Part shown: in pieces, positions 41,775-58,766 of the stretch
How the letters are laid out: each line of letters begins with the position of its first letter
How positions within the stretch are numbered: the stretch's first letter is position 1
NCBI GenBank assembly: GCA_000004695.1
Contig: CM000151.3
Location: 4,576,001 to 4,640,000 of the forward strand
Source: Dictyostelium discoideum
Lineage: Eukaryota
Length of the DNA: 64,000 nt
Direction of reading: 5' to 3'
Position numbers and translations under genes: made by a program
Notes under the pieces: generated by a model
What the model was told of the DNA's origin: nothing
The model's database searches: none
The model's input: the letters and a program-made list of their open reading frames with translations, nothing else

Positions 41775-42186
41775 TAATAATAATAATAATATTCATACTA
41801 TAGCATAAAAAGGGAATTGTAAGGGTGGAAGATTCGCTATTATCATTTTTAGCAGTTATTAATATACTATAAGATCCTTGTTGAATACTACTGGTACCTA
41901 TGGAGTAGGGTACAGAAATTGATGTATCATTTTTCTTAGCCATATAAGTAATAGCACTAACAGTATAACCTGGAGCTGTGACTGTTAATTTTGAATTTGG
42001 ATTTGCAGTGTCAGTAACTAGAACAGTAAAATATGTACTACACCTTTGATTTGTAGAACCACCAGTCATCCATATTGAATATTGAGTTTTATCAATTGTA
42101 ATATCATTAGTTATTAAAGATCCATTTAAAAAATTTTTCTCTAATAAAAAAATTAGTAAAAATACAAAGATTATTAATTTTTTCAT
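37288..42186 (-). CDS. Type I transmembrane glycoprotein, paralogue B. Last exon 39977..37288. Upstream exons about 40350-40040, 40815-40490, 41277-40995, 41654-41398 and 42186-42112 (ATG at 42186).
   Basis: Signal peptide MKKLIIFVFLLIFLLEKNFLNG. The same EGF-like module and TM (GGEIAGIVIGSVTFAAVVIFSL) as paralogue A. Intron GTATGT after ...FELG, acceptor tatag before GFNMYDIRNAS. Confidence 0.75.
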
Positions 42187-42218
42187 TATTTTTTTTTTTT
42201 TTTTTTTTTTTTATTGTA

Positions 42219-42249
<31 letters not shown>

Positions 42250-42826
42250 TATATATAAAATAAATAAAAAATAATATATATAAAAGAATAAAAAAAAAAG
42301 TTAAAGGAATAAAAGAGTAAAAAAAAAAAAAAAAAAATTGGGTGATTTGGTTTACAGGTAAAGCAAAAAAAAATAATAAAAAAAATGCGGAATCAATTCT
42401 ATGGTGGGAAATATCAAGCATTTAATATAAAAAAAAAAAAAACTTTACACCATATCCAAAAAAATCTTAAAAAAAATCTTTTACAAACCTTATTTTTTAT
42501 ATTTTTTTTTTTTTTTTATTTCTTTTTTTTTTTTTTTTCCGGCTTGCTATTTTGAACTGTTTTGAAAACATATCATTTTTTTTATAAATAATAAAATAAG
42601 GGGTTATTGTTTAGAAAAAAAAAAAATTATTTCAACCCACCCCATTTTTTTTCTCTTAACAAAACCCCAAGATCTGATTAAAGGTGGGAAAAATCAGGCA
42701 ATGACATCATTAAAATCAATATTTTTCATGTTTAATTTTATTTTTATTTTTTATTTATTTTTGGTTACTTTTTTATTATTATTATTATTTTTATTATTAT
42801 TTTTATTTTTTTTTATTTTTTTTATT

Positions 42827-43766
42827 TTATTCGTTTGGAACTTCATAAATTACAATTGAAGAGTGATCGGGTTTACCAATTTTGATTTTTCTGAGTGCAT
42901 TAGTTTTTTGAGAATGTTGTTTTTTATAAGTTTGATAGAGTGGATCTTTAATGAAATCTGTGGTTTTTTCGATTTCTTTCATTTTTAAAAGTAATTTGGC
43001 GATTTCCTCTTGAAGTAAACGAAAAGCTTCAGTTTTTTCTATACAATGAGTTATGATTGCTTGTGACATTGATTCACAAGTTGAGAGTTGTTCTTTTGGT
43101 AATTCACTTAAGAATTGTGTCATATTTTCTTCAATTTGTTCTCTTGTACTTTTAACCTTTGTCGATGAAGGCGATGAAGAAGTGGTGGTTGAATCTTCAA
43201 AATTTAAAAAGTTATCAGATACACCATCTGAAACTATGAAAATTCTATCACCAGGCGAAACCAAAGCCATTGCAAAATGAAGATTAGTTAGAAGTGGTTT
43301 ACATTTCTCATTTCTAGCCTTTAATAACTCTTCTCTAAGTTTATCATGAGCATTTCCAGAAATGGTTGGATAAGAGGGAGCATCAATTGGCCAACTTTTA
43401 TCTTGATCACCACCCCACATCCAACCCAATTGGCCACCTGCCTCATTGAAATTTCTTTGAGATAATGATGATGGTGATGATCCATAATAGGTTGAACCCA
43501 TAATTGGTGATGGTGATGGTGATTGTGATAAAGATGAAGAATGATGTGGAGAATACGACGATGATGAAGGTGATGATGACGATGATGATGATGAAGTTGA
43601 TAATTGACTATTTACAAGTTGTTGTGGTTGATTATTAACATTTATATTCTTAGCTCTATTGGTAATTTCTGTGATTTTACCATTTCTATGACACCATCTA
43701 AATGCTTTTGTATCTCCAACTGATCCAATTACAAATATCCATGGTGCATAAATTTCATTATTATTA

Positions 43767-43846
<80 letters not shown>

Positions 43847-46800
43847 GGTATTGGTATTATTATTATTAGTATTATTTACAGATGAATTTGCCATAACTAA
43901 ATTTGATGGACGTGGTGGTAAAGTGTTTGGTGGTAATTTTGGTGGCACAGTGCTTTTTGGTGTTGATAATGTTGTGGTTGATGTTGAAATTGGTGGTTGA
44001 ATTGCTGTTGGGGTTGGAGGTGGAGATAAACTTAATTTACTGGTATTTGGTTGTTGTGGTGGTAGTGGAAATAGTTGATTACTATTTTCAATTCTAATTT
44101 GTGATAATGATGTTGATTTCGATGATGTTATTGGTGCTGGTGTTTGTGTTGATGTTGATGTTGGTTGAGCAACTGGATAAGCAGATGCTGGTAATGGGAA
44201 TGGATTATTATGATTACTGTTATTATTACCATTACTATTATTATAATTTAATTCTAATACTCTTGGTGTAAATTTATCATTTTCATTACAATTTGAAAAT
44301 CTTTGAGAAGAGAAACCACCAACCAATTCAGGTGATTCAGAGAGAATTGAAGAAATTTCAGAATCCATTGATGTTGTTCTATTGATTTTGAATGGAATAA
44401 CAATTGGTTCAGTTGATGTTGATATACATCTTTGTGATGAAATTATTGGACTTGAATGTTGTGGTGATGATTCTCCACTAGATTGTTGTTGTGGTTGTTT
44501 TGATTGTGAATCAATACCATTTGTTAAAGAATTATTATTATTATTAGTATTAGTAGTAGTATCATTATTAGTGGTGGTGGAGGTGGTGGCGGTAGTTGAG
44601 GTAGCAATGGTGGTATTTGGAGTTGGAGTGGTATTATTTTTACTATTTTTTCTTGGTCTTGTTTGAATTGATGGTTTTATATAACTTTTAAAATGATTTA
44701 CATGTTCAGAGCTTGAAACTCCATTTGTACTATTATTTGGACTATTTGAATTATTTGGATTATTTGAATTATTATTTTGATTCATTGAAATAATATTATT
44801 TGTATTTGAATTTATTAAACTATTATTTAAATTTTCATTTACACTTTTAGAGAGAACACCTAAACAAAAGGTAGTGGCACCACGTGGTTCAATATGAATT
44901 TCTTGATTTTGATAATATTCGTCTTCAATAATACGTTTATGACCTTCAAAAATTGAATTACCGACAACCGTTAAAAGATCATTAGTTGTTGGAATATCTT
45001 GGTCGAATAAACTTTCAATGTATTGATTAGCACCTAAAATTGACATTTGGGCAGCCCTTTTAGGATCTTCACCATGACCAGAGCCATCAGCAACTGAAAG
45101 TACTGCCTTTATCATTGGATGAGCATCGGTTGTAATACAAAAACAGTCAGCAAATGGTGTACCAAATTGTTGTTTCTTTTCAAAATCCCAACCATATAAT
45201 GATGCTATACAGGCACTTCCCATACCATCATTTGTTTCACTAATATTTAATGAAGGTAATTCACCAACTTCTCTTGAGATTTCAATTAATTTAGCTTGAA
45301 TAACACTTGGTTTTGCTGAATCTTTTGGTTTTTCTGGTAATCTTGGTGATAATCCATTACTATTAGTATTATTATTATTATCATTTGATGTTGTATTTGA
45401 TGATGATAAAGGTGTATTTGTATTTATATTTGTATTTGTATTTGTATTTGTATTTGTATTTGTATTTGTAGTTGATGGTGAAGATGACAATGTTGGTATT
45501 GGTAATAATGTTTGTTGTAATGTTGTTGTTATTGTTGTTAATGGTAATAATGATGACAAAGATGGTGTTGATGATGCAGATACTAAATAACTTGAAGATA
45601 ATGATTCACCACTAACCATTGAATTTGTGGAAGTATTAGCCAATGTTGTAGTAGTGGTTGTAGTGGTAGTAGTAGTTGTTGTCGTAGTTGAATTACCAGT
45701 ATTAATTGAACCTAAAAATTCTAAAGAACAGGATAATAATGGTGAAGTATTTGAACGTTCCAAAGTCTTTTTAGGAGGGATAACAACTTTTTTAGAGAAA
45801 TCAAATGAACCATCAATTGTATTATGTAATGAATTACTGGACAAAATTGGGGAATAACTTGGTGATGACTCACCACTCAATGTACTGCTACAACTACGTA
45901 ATTCAGGGGACATATTACAAACACCACCACTTTCATCATTTGATAATAATATCGAACTAACACCCTCATCATCTGATGTTAAATTATTATTATCATCATT
46001 ATTAATAGTAGTAGTAGCATTCGTACTATTATTTATACTTGAATCACTATCATTTGATAATTTAAATAATGTACTTCTTTGATTTTGTTGTTGTTGTAAT
46101 TGTCTTTGTTGAAATTTATGAATTCTTGATTGAATTTGTTGTTGTTTTGGTGATAATTGAAAATGTTGATTACTTGATAATTGAATGTGTGGAAAATCTA
46201 ATCCCTCACCTCTTTTATATGAAATCACTTGATCATATGCTAATGTATGTGTTATAATTGTATTAATTAATCTATCCAATGCTCTATTTACACTATGAAC
46301 CAATACAAAATGTGCTGAATCAAAAACATTATTTTTATTATTTATAAAATTATTAAAATATAAATTATTATTATTTTGATTATTATTATTATTATTATTA
46401 TTTAATGAAAAATCATGTAAATGTGGTGATTCTCTACCACTTATATGATGATTATTATTATTATGGTTATTATTTGTTTGAGGTATATACATTGATTGAG
46501 TTTGATTTGTTATATTATTATTACTATTAATATTAATATTATTATTAGTAGATTGTATATTATTATTTGGCAACATAAAATTTGAAACATTTGGATTATT
46601 ATAAAAAGTTATACCATTATTTGAAGAATAAAAAGTTGATTGGGTTAATTTAGTATATTTTCCAATACCAGAAAAAATACAAGTGAAACCACATTGATTC
46701 TTTTTTGAAGTTTTATAAGTTGGATGACTTCTATAAACTGAACTAACTCTAAAATTATCAAGATCTAAATAAATATAAACCAATGTATCATAAACATTTG

Positions 46801-46912
46801 AAAAATGTTGTTGATTACTACTAATCCATGATTCAATCACTTCATAATTTTGTTGAATTGCTTCCTCTAATAATTCATTAACTGATGCTAATGTTGATGG
46901 TAATGTAATACT

Positions 46913-46956
<44 letters not shown>

Positions 46957-47023
46957 GCTGTTGATTTAATGATGCTATATTTGGTGATGTACTTGTACTA
47001 TTATTATGAGTCCAAATTCCCAT
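42827..47023 (-). CDS. Large low-complexity protein with a PPM/PP2C-like phosphatase domain. Start uncertain.
   Basis: Central segment ADCFCITTDAHPMIKAVLSVADGSGHGEDPKRAAQMSI...ATTFCLGVL ... WIFVIGSVGDTKAFRW...MALVSPGDRIFIVSDGVSDNF resembles the PP2C motifs (xxDGHGG ... DxFLILACDGIWD). It is flanked by poly-Q/N/T/S. The ORF-track start at 47059 is GTG; the first in-frame ATG is at 47023 (MGIWTHNN). Confidence 0.5.
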
Positions 47024-48348
47024 ATTCCCAACTGAACTACTAATATATAATTTATTCACTTTTACAATTTAAAAAAATAAAATAAAAAAAAAAACAATAA
47101 TAATAATAAAATAAAAAAAAAGAATAATAATAATAATTAAATAATAATATAAACAAAATAATATAATAATAATTAAATAATAAAAAAAATTGTTATTAAA
47201 TGTTTTCGGTTTTCTTTTATAAATTGTTTTTTTATTTTTATTTTTATTTTTATTTCTTTTTTTTTTTTTTTACACAAAGTATAAAATTGGGTTGGGTGTT
47301 TTTTTTATAAATCTGTGTTATTTTTATTTTTTTTTATTTTTATTTTTATTTTTTTTTTTTTATTTTTATTTTTGTTTTTGTTTTATTTTAATTTTTATTT
47401 TTATTTTTATTTTTATTTTTATTTTTGTTTTTGTTTTTGGTTATATGTACTTTTTTATTTTTTTTTTTATTTTTTTTTTTTTTTTTTAATGGTTATATGT
47501 ACTTTTTTATTTTTAGATATTTTTTTTTTTTTTTTTTGTATAAGGATTATTTTTCTTGTTTTTAAAAAAAAAAAAAAAAAAAAATAGATACAATATTTTT
47601 AATGCATAAAATAAAATATTTTTAAATCAAACTATTAATAATTTTTTTTTTTTTTCTAATGGTGAAGGTTGCTTTAACGTTAAAATCCCAAATTTTTTTT
47701 TTTTTTTTTTTATATAATAAATAAAAATAAAAAAAAATATAATTCTGTGAATTCAAAAATATCTATTTTTTTATTTTTATTTTTTTTTTTTTTCCAATTT
47801 TTTTTTTTTTCAATTTTGCTATTACAAAAAAAAAAGACCCAAAAGGTTTTTGTTTTGATTAAATTGATTATTATACGAAAACTGCTCAAATTTGGCTTAT
47901 TAGCTTTTTATTTTTTTTTTTATTTTTTAAAATTGACTAAAAGAGAAAAAAAAAAAAAAAATAAATAAACAAAAATATCTTAAATTTGATTTTCGGATAT
48001 TTAGAAAAAAAAAAATGGACTTTTTTTTATTGTTCAAAGAATCAGTCGTAACAATGCGATTTAATTTTGATTTTTCTATTGGTGGAAAAGTGGATTTTAA
48101 TACACGAAAAAAATTCAAAAAAAAAAATAATAATAAAAAAAAAAGTAGTTAATAAAAAAAAAAATAAAAAAAAAATAAAAAAAAAACCATTGAAAAATAT
48201 TTGTAAAAAAAAAGATTAAAAAAAAAACAGTAATAGGTTATAAAAAAAAAATTTTTTTTTTTTTTTTTTTTTTTTGGACCCCAAAATGAAATGGTGTCAT
48301 TATGAAAAGTTATTGTTCAAAAAATTTGATCAACTTAATTAAAAAAAC

Positions 48349-48380
<32 letters not shown>

Positions 48381-48783
48381 AATTTTGGCATTTTTGCTAA
48401 AAAAAAATAAAAACAACTTCAATCATTTTTTTCTCGAATTTTTTTTTTAATCGTTATTAAAGTTTTTTTTTTATACGCTTGTACCTAATTCGAATTGTTT
48501 ATGTTCCACCTTTTTGTTTTTTTTTTTATTTTTTTTTTATTTTTTTTTTTTGAACCATGGATGACACAAAATGTATAAAATTTTTTTTTTTGTTCACCAA
48601 TAGATCATGGCATCAAAATATTTTTTCTTTAAAAAAAATATTTTATAAAAAAAACACAACACATTTAAATCACATGCGGCTTTCCCTTGGATGAAAGATT
48701 CAAACTCAAAATTTTTTTTTTTTATTTTATATTTAGGTAAAATGAATGCACGCTAGGAGGTGGCACAGCCAAAAATTTTTTTT

Positions 48784-48815
<32 letters not shown>

Positions 48816-49297
48816 TATTTTTTTTTTTTAGCGATTTTAAGATGGTGATCAAAATTAAAAAAAAAAAAAAGAAAAAAAAAAAAAAAAAGGAAAAAAAAAA
48901 AAAAAAAAATTATGATAATATATTAAAAAAAAAAAAAAATTTTGGCTGTTTGAGTGTGTTTTTTTTTATTTTTCTTTCCTTTTTATTTTTATTTATTCAT
49001 TATTTTTTTTTCTTTATTTTATTATAATTAATTTGTTTATTTTTTTTCCCTTTTTTAATTTTTTTTTTTTTAAAATAAAAAAGACAATTTTTTTTTTTCC
49101 TACCAAGAATCATTACCATAGTAAAAATAAACATAATAATAATAATAATTTGATTTGGTTAATTTATTTATTTATTTTTATAATTTTAATACTGTTTTTT
49201 ATTTTATTTTATTTTATTTTTATTTTTTTTTTTTTTCTCTTCTCTTTTTTAATTTTTTTTTTTTTTTTTTTAACTCAAATAATAAATAAAAAAAAAA

Positions 49298-51388
49298 ATG
49301 ATAGCAAGTTATTTTGAAGTAGTCGCAATTAAAGATCATAAACCAATTCATCAATCCCAATTATTATTTAGAAAGGGAGAAAAGATATTAGTTGTAGAGA
49401 CAGCACCAACAGGATGGTGGAAAGGTGAAATTGGTAATAGAAAAGGGTTGTTCCCAGAATCTTACGTTTCACAATCACCAACACCATCAATGATAACATC
49501 ACCAGTTCCAACCTCACCATTGGTTCATACAACAATCACTTCAACACCAAATGTTGCATCACCACAATCTTTAAATATTGAAAATAATAATATTACACTA
49601 TTACCACCTCCACCTCCAGTTATAATTAGTAATGAAGAATCAACATCATCAGCAGCATCATATTCATCTTCATTATCTTCATCCTCTCAACTACAACAAC
49701 AGCCACAAGCACCACAATTAGTTGTACCACCAATTAAACAATTAAATAAAGTTGGATCATCAGTAACATTTAGTGATTCACCATCAGTTATAATTTCATC
49801 TTCAACAGCTACAACAACTAATAATGGTACATTATCACCAACAACTTCTTCACCACACACCGATAGTCCAATTAATAAATCACCACGTTTTAATATTTCA
49901 CCAACTGATATAGCAAATTCAGCACCAAGAATGACAAGCCACACAAGAAAGAATTCAGGTCCTGCAAAATCAATCTCCTCTCAAAATGATAGTAGTGATG
50001 ATAGTGATACTTCTCCAACATTGAAAGGTGTTAATGGTGGTGTTAATGTTGGTGGTGGTATTGGTGGTGAAGGTATTTCATCCACAAGTAAACCAAATAA
50101 ACAATATAGTAGTGCAACTGTAAACATTAAAGATTTAAAACAACATATGGAAAAGCACCAACAAAATTCAACAATGGGTAGAAATGTTAATTCACGTACT
50201 CCATTACATTCAACTGGTAGAGGTATCAGCGTTGGTGATGTAAATACAGAGGTTCCCTATTATATTTGTCGTGCCATTGAAGCACATTCTCAGCAAGGTT
50301 TTGACGAACTAGAATTTCAAGTTGGTGACTTAATTGTAATCTATAATTCAAAAACTGTTGATTCAGATTGGTGGGTTGGTCGTTTTAAAACAACTTATGG
50401 TTTATTACCAAAGAAATGTGTTGAAATTATTAGAGATATTTCTCCAACTTCTGCAACTGCATTATCACCTTCAAAATCATCACCAACTACATCAACAACA
50501 ACAACAACAACGACAACAACTACTAATACCGCTACAACAGCATCTCCACCAATTAAATCAACAATAGCCACACCACCACCACCATTACAAAAACCTATAA
50601 CACCAGCACCACAAACAACTTTTACTCCAGTACCACCACAACCAGCACCATATAAGTTTGATATAAACTCAAATTATAAAAAAGGTATTGCTTTAACAAA
50701 TTATAATAGCCAATTTGCAACTTATCTTTCATTTAAAAAAGGTGATATAATGGTATTAGAATCAAAAGAGGGTGATTTTTGGAAAGCACGTATTGGTGGT
50801 CAAGTTGGTTTAGTTTCTCCAAATTATATTAGAGAACATGATGTACAAGTACATCCACCAACTACAACCTTTACTGCTTCAGTTTATGATAACTCAAATA
50901 ATTCAAATAATTCAAATAGTAATAGTAATAATATAAGTAATACTACAAATAGTAATAATGATAATATTAATACCAATATTAATAATTTAGCACTACCAGT
51001 AAAACCATCACCACCAATATCACCAAGAACAAACAACAACAACAACAATAATAATAGTATTAATAATAATGTAAATAGAAACGAAAATGAAAATACCAAT
51101 ATTAATCATGAACAACAACAACAATCAAAAACAGTAAATATATCTCAAATTAAAAATGATGCTAATAAAAGTAGTGAAATTGATGATGATGGTATAGCTA
51201 GAAAAATTAGGGATTCATTTACTCATTTCCAAACCAGGGAGGAATTACTTGATGCAATTCAAAATCTAGCAATTAAATTTGTAAAACAAACATCAGCTTT
51301 GAAAAAAGAGTTACAGCAAGAACAACAAGAAAAAGCAAATCTTGAGATGGAATTACAAGAAATCAAACAAAGATATAATATAAATTAA
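49298..51388 (+). CDS. Triple-SH3-domain protein with a C-terminal coiled coil, single exon.
   Basis: ATG at 49298. SH3 1: YFEVVAIKDHKPIHQSQLLFRKGEKILVVETAPTGWWKGEIGNRKGLFPESYV. SH3 2: YYICRAIEAHSQQGFDELEFQVGDLIVIYNSKTVDSDWWVGRFKTTYGLLPKKCVEII. SH3 3: IALTNYNSQFATYLSFKKGDIMVLESKEGDFWKARIGGQVGLVSPNYI. C-terminal ...LKKELQQEQQEKANLEMELQEIKQRYNIN*. Confidence 0.75.
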   Translation: MIASYFEVVAIKDHKPIHQSQLLFRKGEKILVVETAPTGWWKGEIGNRKGLFPESYVSQSPTPSMITSPVPTSPLVHTTITSTPNVASPQSLNIENNNITLLPPPPPVIISNEESTSSAASYSSSLSSSSQLQQQPQAPQLVVPPIKQLNKVGSSVTFSDSPSVIISSSTATTTNNGTLSPTTSSPHTDSPINKSPRFNISPTDIANSAPRMTSHTRKNSGPAKSISSQNDSSDDSDTSPTLKGVNGGVNVGGGIGGEGISSTSKPNKQYSSATVNIKDLKQHMEKHQQNSTMGRNVNSRTPLHSTGRGISVGDVNTEVPYYICRAIEAHSQQGFDELEFQVGDLIVIYNSKTVDSDWWVGRFKTTYGLLPKKCVEIIRDISPTSATALSPSKSSPTTSTTTTTTTTTTNTATTASPPIKSTIATPPPPLQKPITPAPQTTFTPVPPQPAPYKFDINSNYKKGIALTNYNSQFATYLSFKKGDIMVLESKEGDFWKARIGGQVGLVSPNYIREHDVQVHPPTTTFTASVYDNSNNSNNSNSNSNNISNTTNSNNDNINTNINNLALPVKPSPPISPRTNNNNNNNNSINNNVNRNENENTNINHEQQQQSKTVNISQIKNDANKSSEIDDDGIARKIRDSFTHFQTREELLDAIQNLAIKFVKQTSALKKELQQEQQEKANLEMELQEIKQRYNIN

Positions 51389-51712
51389 TTTCAATGTTAA
51401 AGAAAAAAAAAAAAAAAAAAAAACAATTTATTTATTAAACTCTCAGCTAAATCATATTTTTATAATAAAGAATAATAAACATGTAAATTTATATAAAGTA
51501 CCTTTATTTTAATAATTTTTTTTTAATATTTATTTAATTTAATTTGGAATTATGATCCAACCATTTTTATTTCAACTACCTTCCATCATTAACTGTAAAT
51601 CCTTGAATATCTTCAACACAAACATATCGAATAAAAAAAAAAAAAAAAAAAATTTATCAAGCACAAAAATAAAAAAATGTAAAACAAATAATTTTTTCTA
51701 TTTTTATTTTTA

Positions 51713-55312
<3,600 letters not shown>

Positions 55313-55361
55313 TATTTTATTACGTCTTTTGTTATGAAGCTTTGGTGAAGTGTTATGTTTT

Positions 55362-55407
<46 letters not shown>

Positions 55408-55679
55408 CAAATTTCTTGGAATTATGGGCAAATTATCAATTAATTTAATTTTTTTAATTTAAATTTTTTAATTTGATTATTTAAATCCAGATTCATTTAC
55501 AACTCATTTATTTTCATCATTATAGATTTTAAAAGATTAATTTGTAAATATTTAAAAAAAGTAAAAATTAAAATAAAAATAAAAAAAAAAAAATTATTAT
55601 TGTTATTACTTAGATTTTCATTTGTTCTTATTTTTAATTTTTTTAAAATAAACTTTTTATATTTTTTTTTTTTTAAAAA

Positions 55680-57744
55680 TTATTTAGTTGGCAATAGTTT
55701 TACATGTTTGATAAAGAAATGTGTGGGAATAGAGTTTATAAAATTTAAACTATCATTATAGATACAAATAAATTCAAATGAAGGTGGCCATATTAAATCT
55801 GGTAATTCATCACAATTATAACCTGTAAAATAAAATGATTTCAAATTAGGTGGTAAGGCATCTCTATCGATAGTTGAATTGAAAAAATCTGAAATTCGTA
55901 ATAAAGTGAGTGATGATGGTAATACATCTCTTTGAATTGGTTGTTTGTAACTTGGTAATTTTAATACCCCTATGGATGATGGTAGATCTCCAACATTTAA
56001 GGGTTGATTAAAATCATAGATTTTTAATTTTTTAAGATTATTTGGTAAGAGACTATCGTTTAATTCGAATTCATCTGAAACTGTTAAAACTAGTTTTGAA
56101 ATAGTAGGTGGGAATTTTACATCTGTTAAATCTATTTGACTTACATTGAGTTTCAACGATGTTAAATTTTTGAAAAAATCTAAAGAGTGTAAATGTGGGT
56201 TCCGAGTAGTGAAATTCATTATTTTTAGTGTTTGAATTGTTTTGGGTAATATTTGAATATCAGAGAATGCGTTCATTGATAAATTTGTAATTGTTGGTGG
56301 AAAGAGAGCTGCATTATCTTTGTTTCTACCAAGATGTAAAGTTTTAATTGAGATTGGTAATGAGTTTGGTTCAAGTTTATGATTGCCCGACTTGAATATC
56401 AATGATGTAACATTGTGTGGAATCATTCCTTTTTCAATGGTCTGATTAAAAAAAGAATCAAACTCTAATGAAGTTGTACCACCTGGTATAGATGTCGAGT
56501 CTAATTTATTAGTACCTCTTTTAGAATCAAAAGAATAATCAAGAGTTGTTACTGATTTTGGTATTGATCCATATAGAATTATTCCTTGATAATTTGGATC
56601 TAATATCAATGAGGTGAGTGATGGTGGTAATTCATCTCTATGAATTGAATGTTGAAATGATTTTCCAAAAGTTAAAGATTTTAATGTTCTTGGTAGCAAT
56701 GGTATACCATTTGTGTCACTTAATGATTGATTAAACTCATCACTAAAATCAATCGATGTTAGACTATTACCAATCATATTACGAGTTAATTGTTGATCAA
56801 AATCAATCAATGTAATGGACTTACATGTATCTGGTATCCAATGGTCTACTAGTATAATATCTGAACAATCCATCTCTATATTTTCCGCAATTTGTGGCAT
56901 TGGATACCAATTTGAGTAACGTTGGTTTTCATATCCATTTAAATCAAATAATCTGATGTTATTAAAATAATTTCTATATTTATATGTTGAAAAATTATTT
57001 ATCCCTATATCAAAGCTATTATTATGATTATTATATATTCTAAGATGAAATAAAATTTGATCCCTAATAACCATATTTCCCCAAATTTTTTTAAATAATA
57101 TATAATTATTATCAATTGTTTGATTTTTTAGTTGATTTGTTCTTATATTATTATTATTAATATCAGGTTGTGATTTTAAAATTAATTGATTTAAATTATT
57201 ATTATTAATGGTAATATGATGATTTAAATTATTTTTAATGATTATAAGTATTGAACAATCGAATGAAATTCTTTTATTTCTATTGTTAATTGTGTCATTA
57301 TTATTATTATCTGTAATTGAATGAGTATATATAATTTCATTATTAGAATTATTGGTTGTAAATGTGTTTTTTAAATTTTGAATATGATTATTTAGTGTTT
57401 GAAATTGTTGATCATTTAATCCTTTTAAATCATTTAAATGCTTTTTTTCATCTTCTTCTTGTCTATATAAATATGTTTTTATAATTAGTATAATAATAAT
57501 AAAAATAATAAAATAAAAAATATAAAATATCAAAGTGTGTTAACGTATACAATTTTTTTTCTTTTTTATTTTGAAGGTTTTCATTATTGTTTTTATAATT
57601 ATTGATACTATTACAATAATCTTGAAGTTGATTGAATGTAATATTTAAACTATTAATTGATAATATTAATAAACAATTTAAAAGCTCTTCATTGTTTTTA
57701 TTATTATAATTATTAATTAAATAAGAGTAAATTATATTATCCAT
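55680..57744 (-). CDS. FNIP-repeat protein, copy 1. Exons 57744..57551, 57472..55680.
   Basis: Repeated FNQ...IP units (FNQSLSDTNGIPLLPRTLKSLTFGKSFQHSIHRDELPPSLTSL; FNQTIEKGMIPHNVTSLIF; FNQPLNVGDLPSSIGVLKL...). Exon 1 is MDNIIYSYLINNYNNKNNEELLNCLLILSINSLNITFNQLQDYCNSINNYKNN...KKL, followed by a GTATAC donor. Confidence 0.75.
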
Positions 57745-58474
57745 TTGACACACAAAAAAAAAAAAAAAAAAGGAAATGTGTTGGTGTTTTTTATTTTAAA
57801 ACAATAAATTTAAATTTTTTTAATTTTTTTTTTTAAATAAATTTTTAAAATTTTTTTGATCCTCTTTTTTTTATCACCCAAGTGCACAGTAAAAAAAAAA
57901 AAACAATAAAAAAATTTCAAAATAAAAAAAAAATAAAAAAAAATAAAAATAAAAAAAAAAAAATATTAATAAATTAAAACACAATATTTGACCCATAACA
58001 TTAAATTTTCAAAAGATAATATTAGAAACAATGCTTTAAAAAATTTCAAAGTTAGATCAAAAAGCAAGGATTGTTTTTGCCATCGATAAGTTACTAGCAA
58101 TTAAGCGATGTGATATTTTCGCCAAAACATACCGAGATCCAGAGTGCTATAAAAGAATCACTGTTTTTTTTCAATTTAAATAGTGAGCCAAACGGTACCA
58201 ACATATCGAATTTTAATTTTTAAAAAAAAAAAAAAAAAAATTTCAAATACTATTAATTCCCATAGTAATTATGATTAAATTAATATAGGATGAAAAAGCC
58301 TTCCATGTCAATTTCAAAGGAAGATGCAAAAAAAAAATAAAAAATAAGGTGATCAATCAATCTTGCCTTTTTAAATAAATAAGAAACCCTTTACAATTTT
58401 TAAATTACTTTTAACTAAAATATCTTTTTATTTTTATTATTTATTATCATTATTTTTTATTTTTTTTTTAATTT

Positions 58475-58745
58475 TTATAAAAGATCTTTTCTTGTTACAA
58501 TACCAACAACTTCATTCTTTTTATTTACAACAGGTAAATGTTTGTGAACCATTTGCTTGATTTTTTGAACGACATGGTGTAAAAGCTGCACAACAATATA
58601 AAATGGTCGATGTGATTAATTAAAATGAAATCTTCTAAAACAAATAAATAAATCTTTTTATTTGCAAAGAATTTACTTCTCAATTGAGACGTGCATTTAA
58701 ATTGACACCGAATAAACCACCTGCAACTGTTGCATTAAAATATTT
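58475..58745 (-). pseudogene. Fragments of a ClC chloride-channel gene (FNAPxGG motif region plus the C-terminal CBS2 end).
   Basis: 58685-58740: FNATVAGGLFGVNLNARLN* (ClC signature FNAPIGGVLFSLEE, degenerate). 58475-58640: ...HKHLPVVNKKNEVVGIVTRKDLL* (ClC C-terminal ..RHLPVVD.ENRLVGIITRKDL). The two segments are far apart in an intact ClC. Confidence 0.45.
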
Positions 58746-58766
58746 ATTTAAAAGTTCGTTTTATTA

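Noticed and set aside
48440-48780. GC-enriched islands in the 2.2-kb divergent intergenic region between the PP2C-like and SH3 genes, considered as an ncRNA.
   Set aside because: No recognisable snRNA/snoRNA/SRP motifs or stable terminal stems were visible by eye. More likely promoter elements. Not called.
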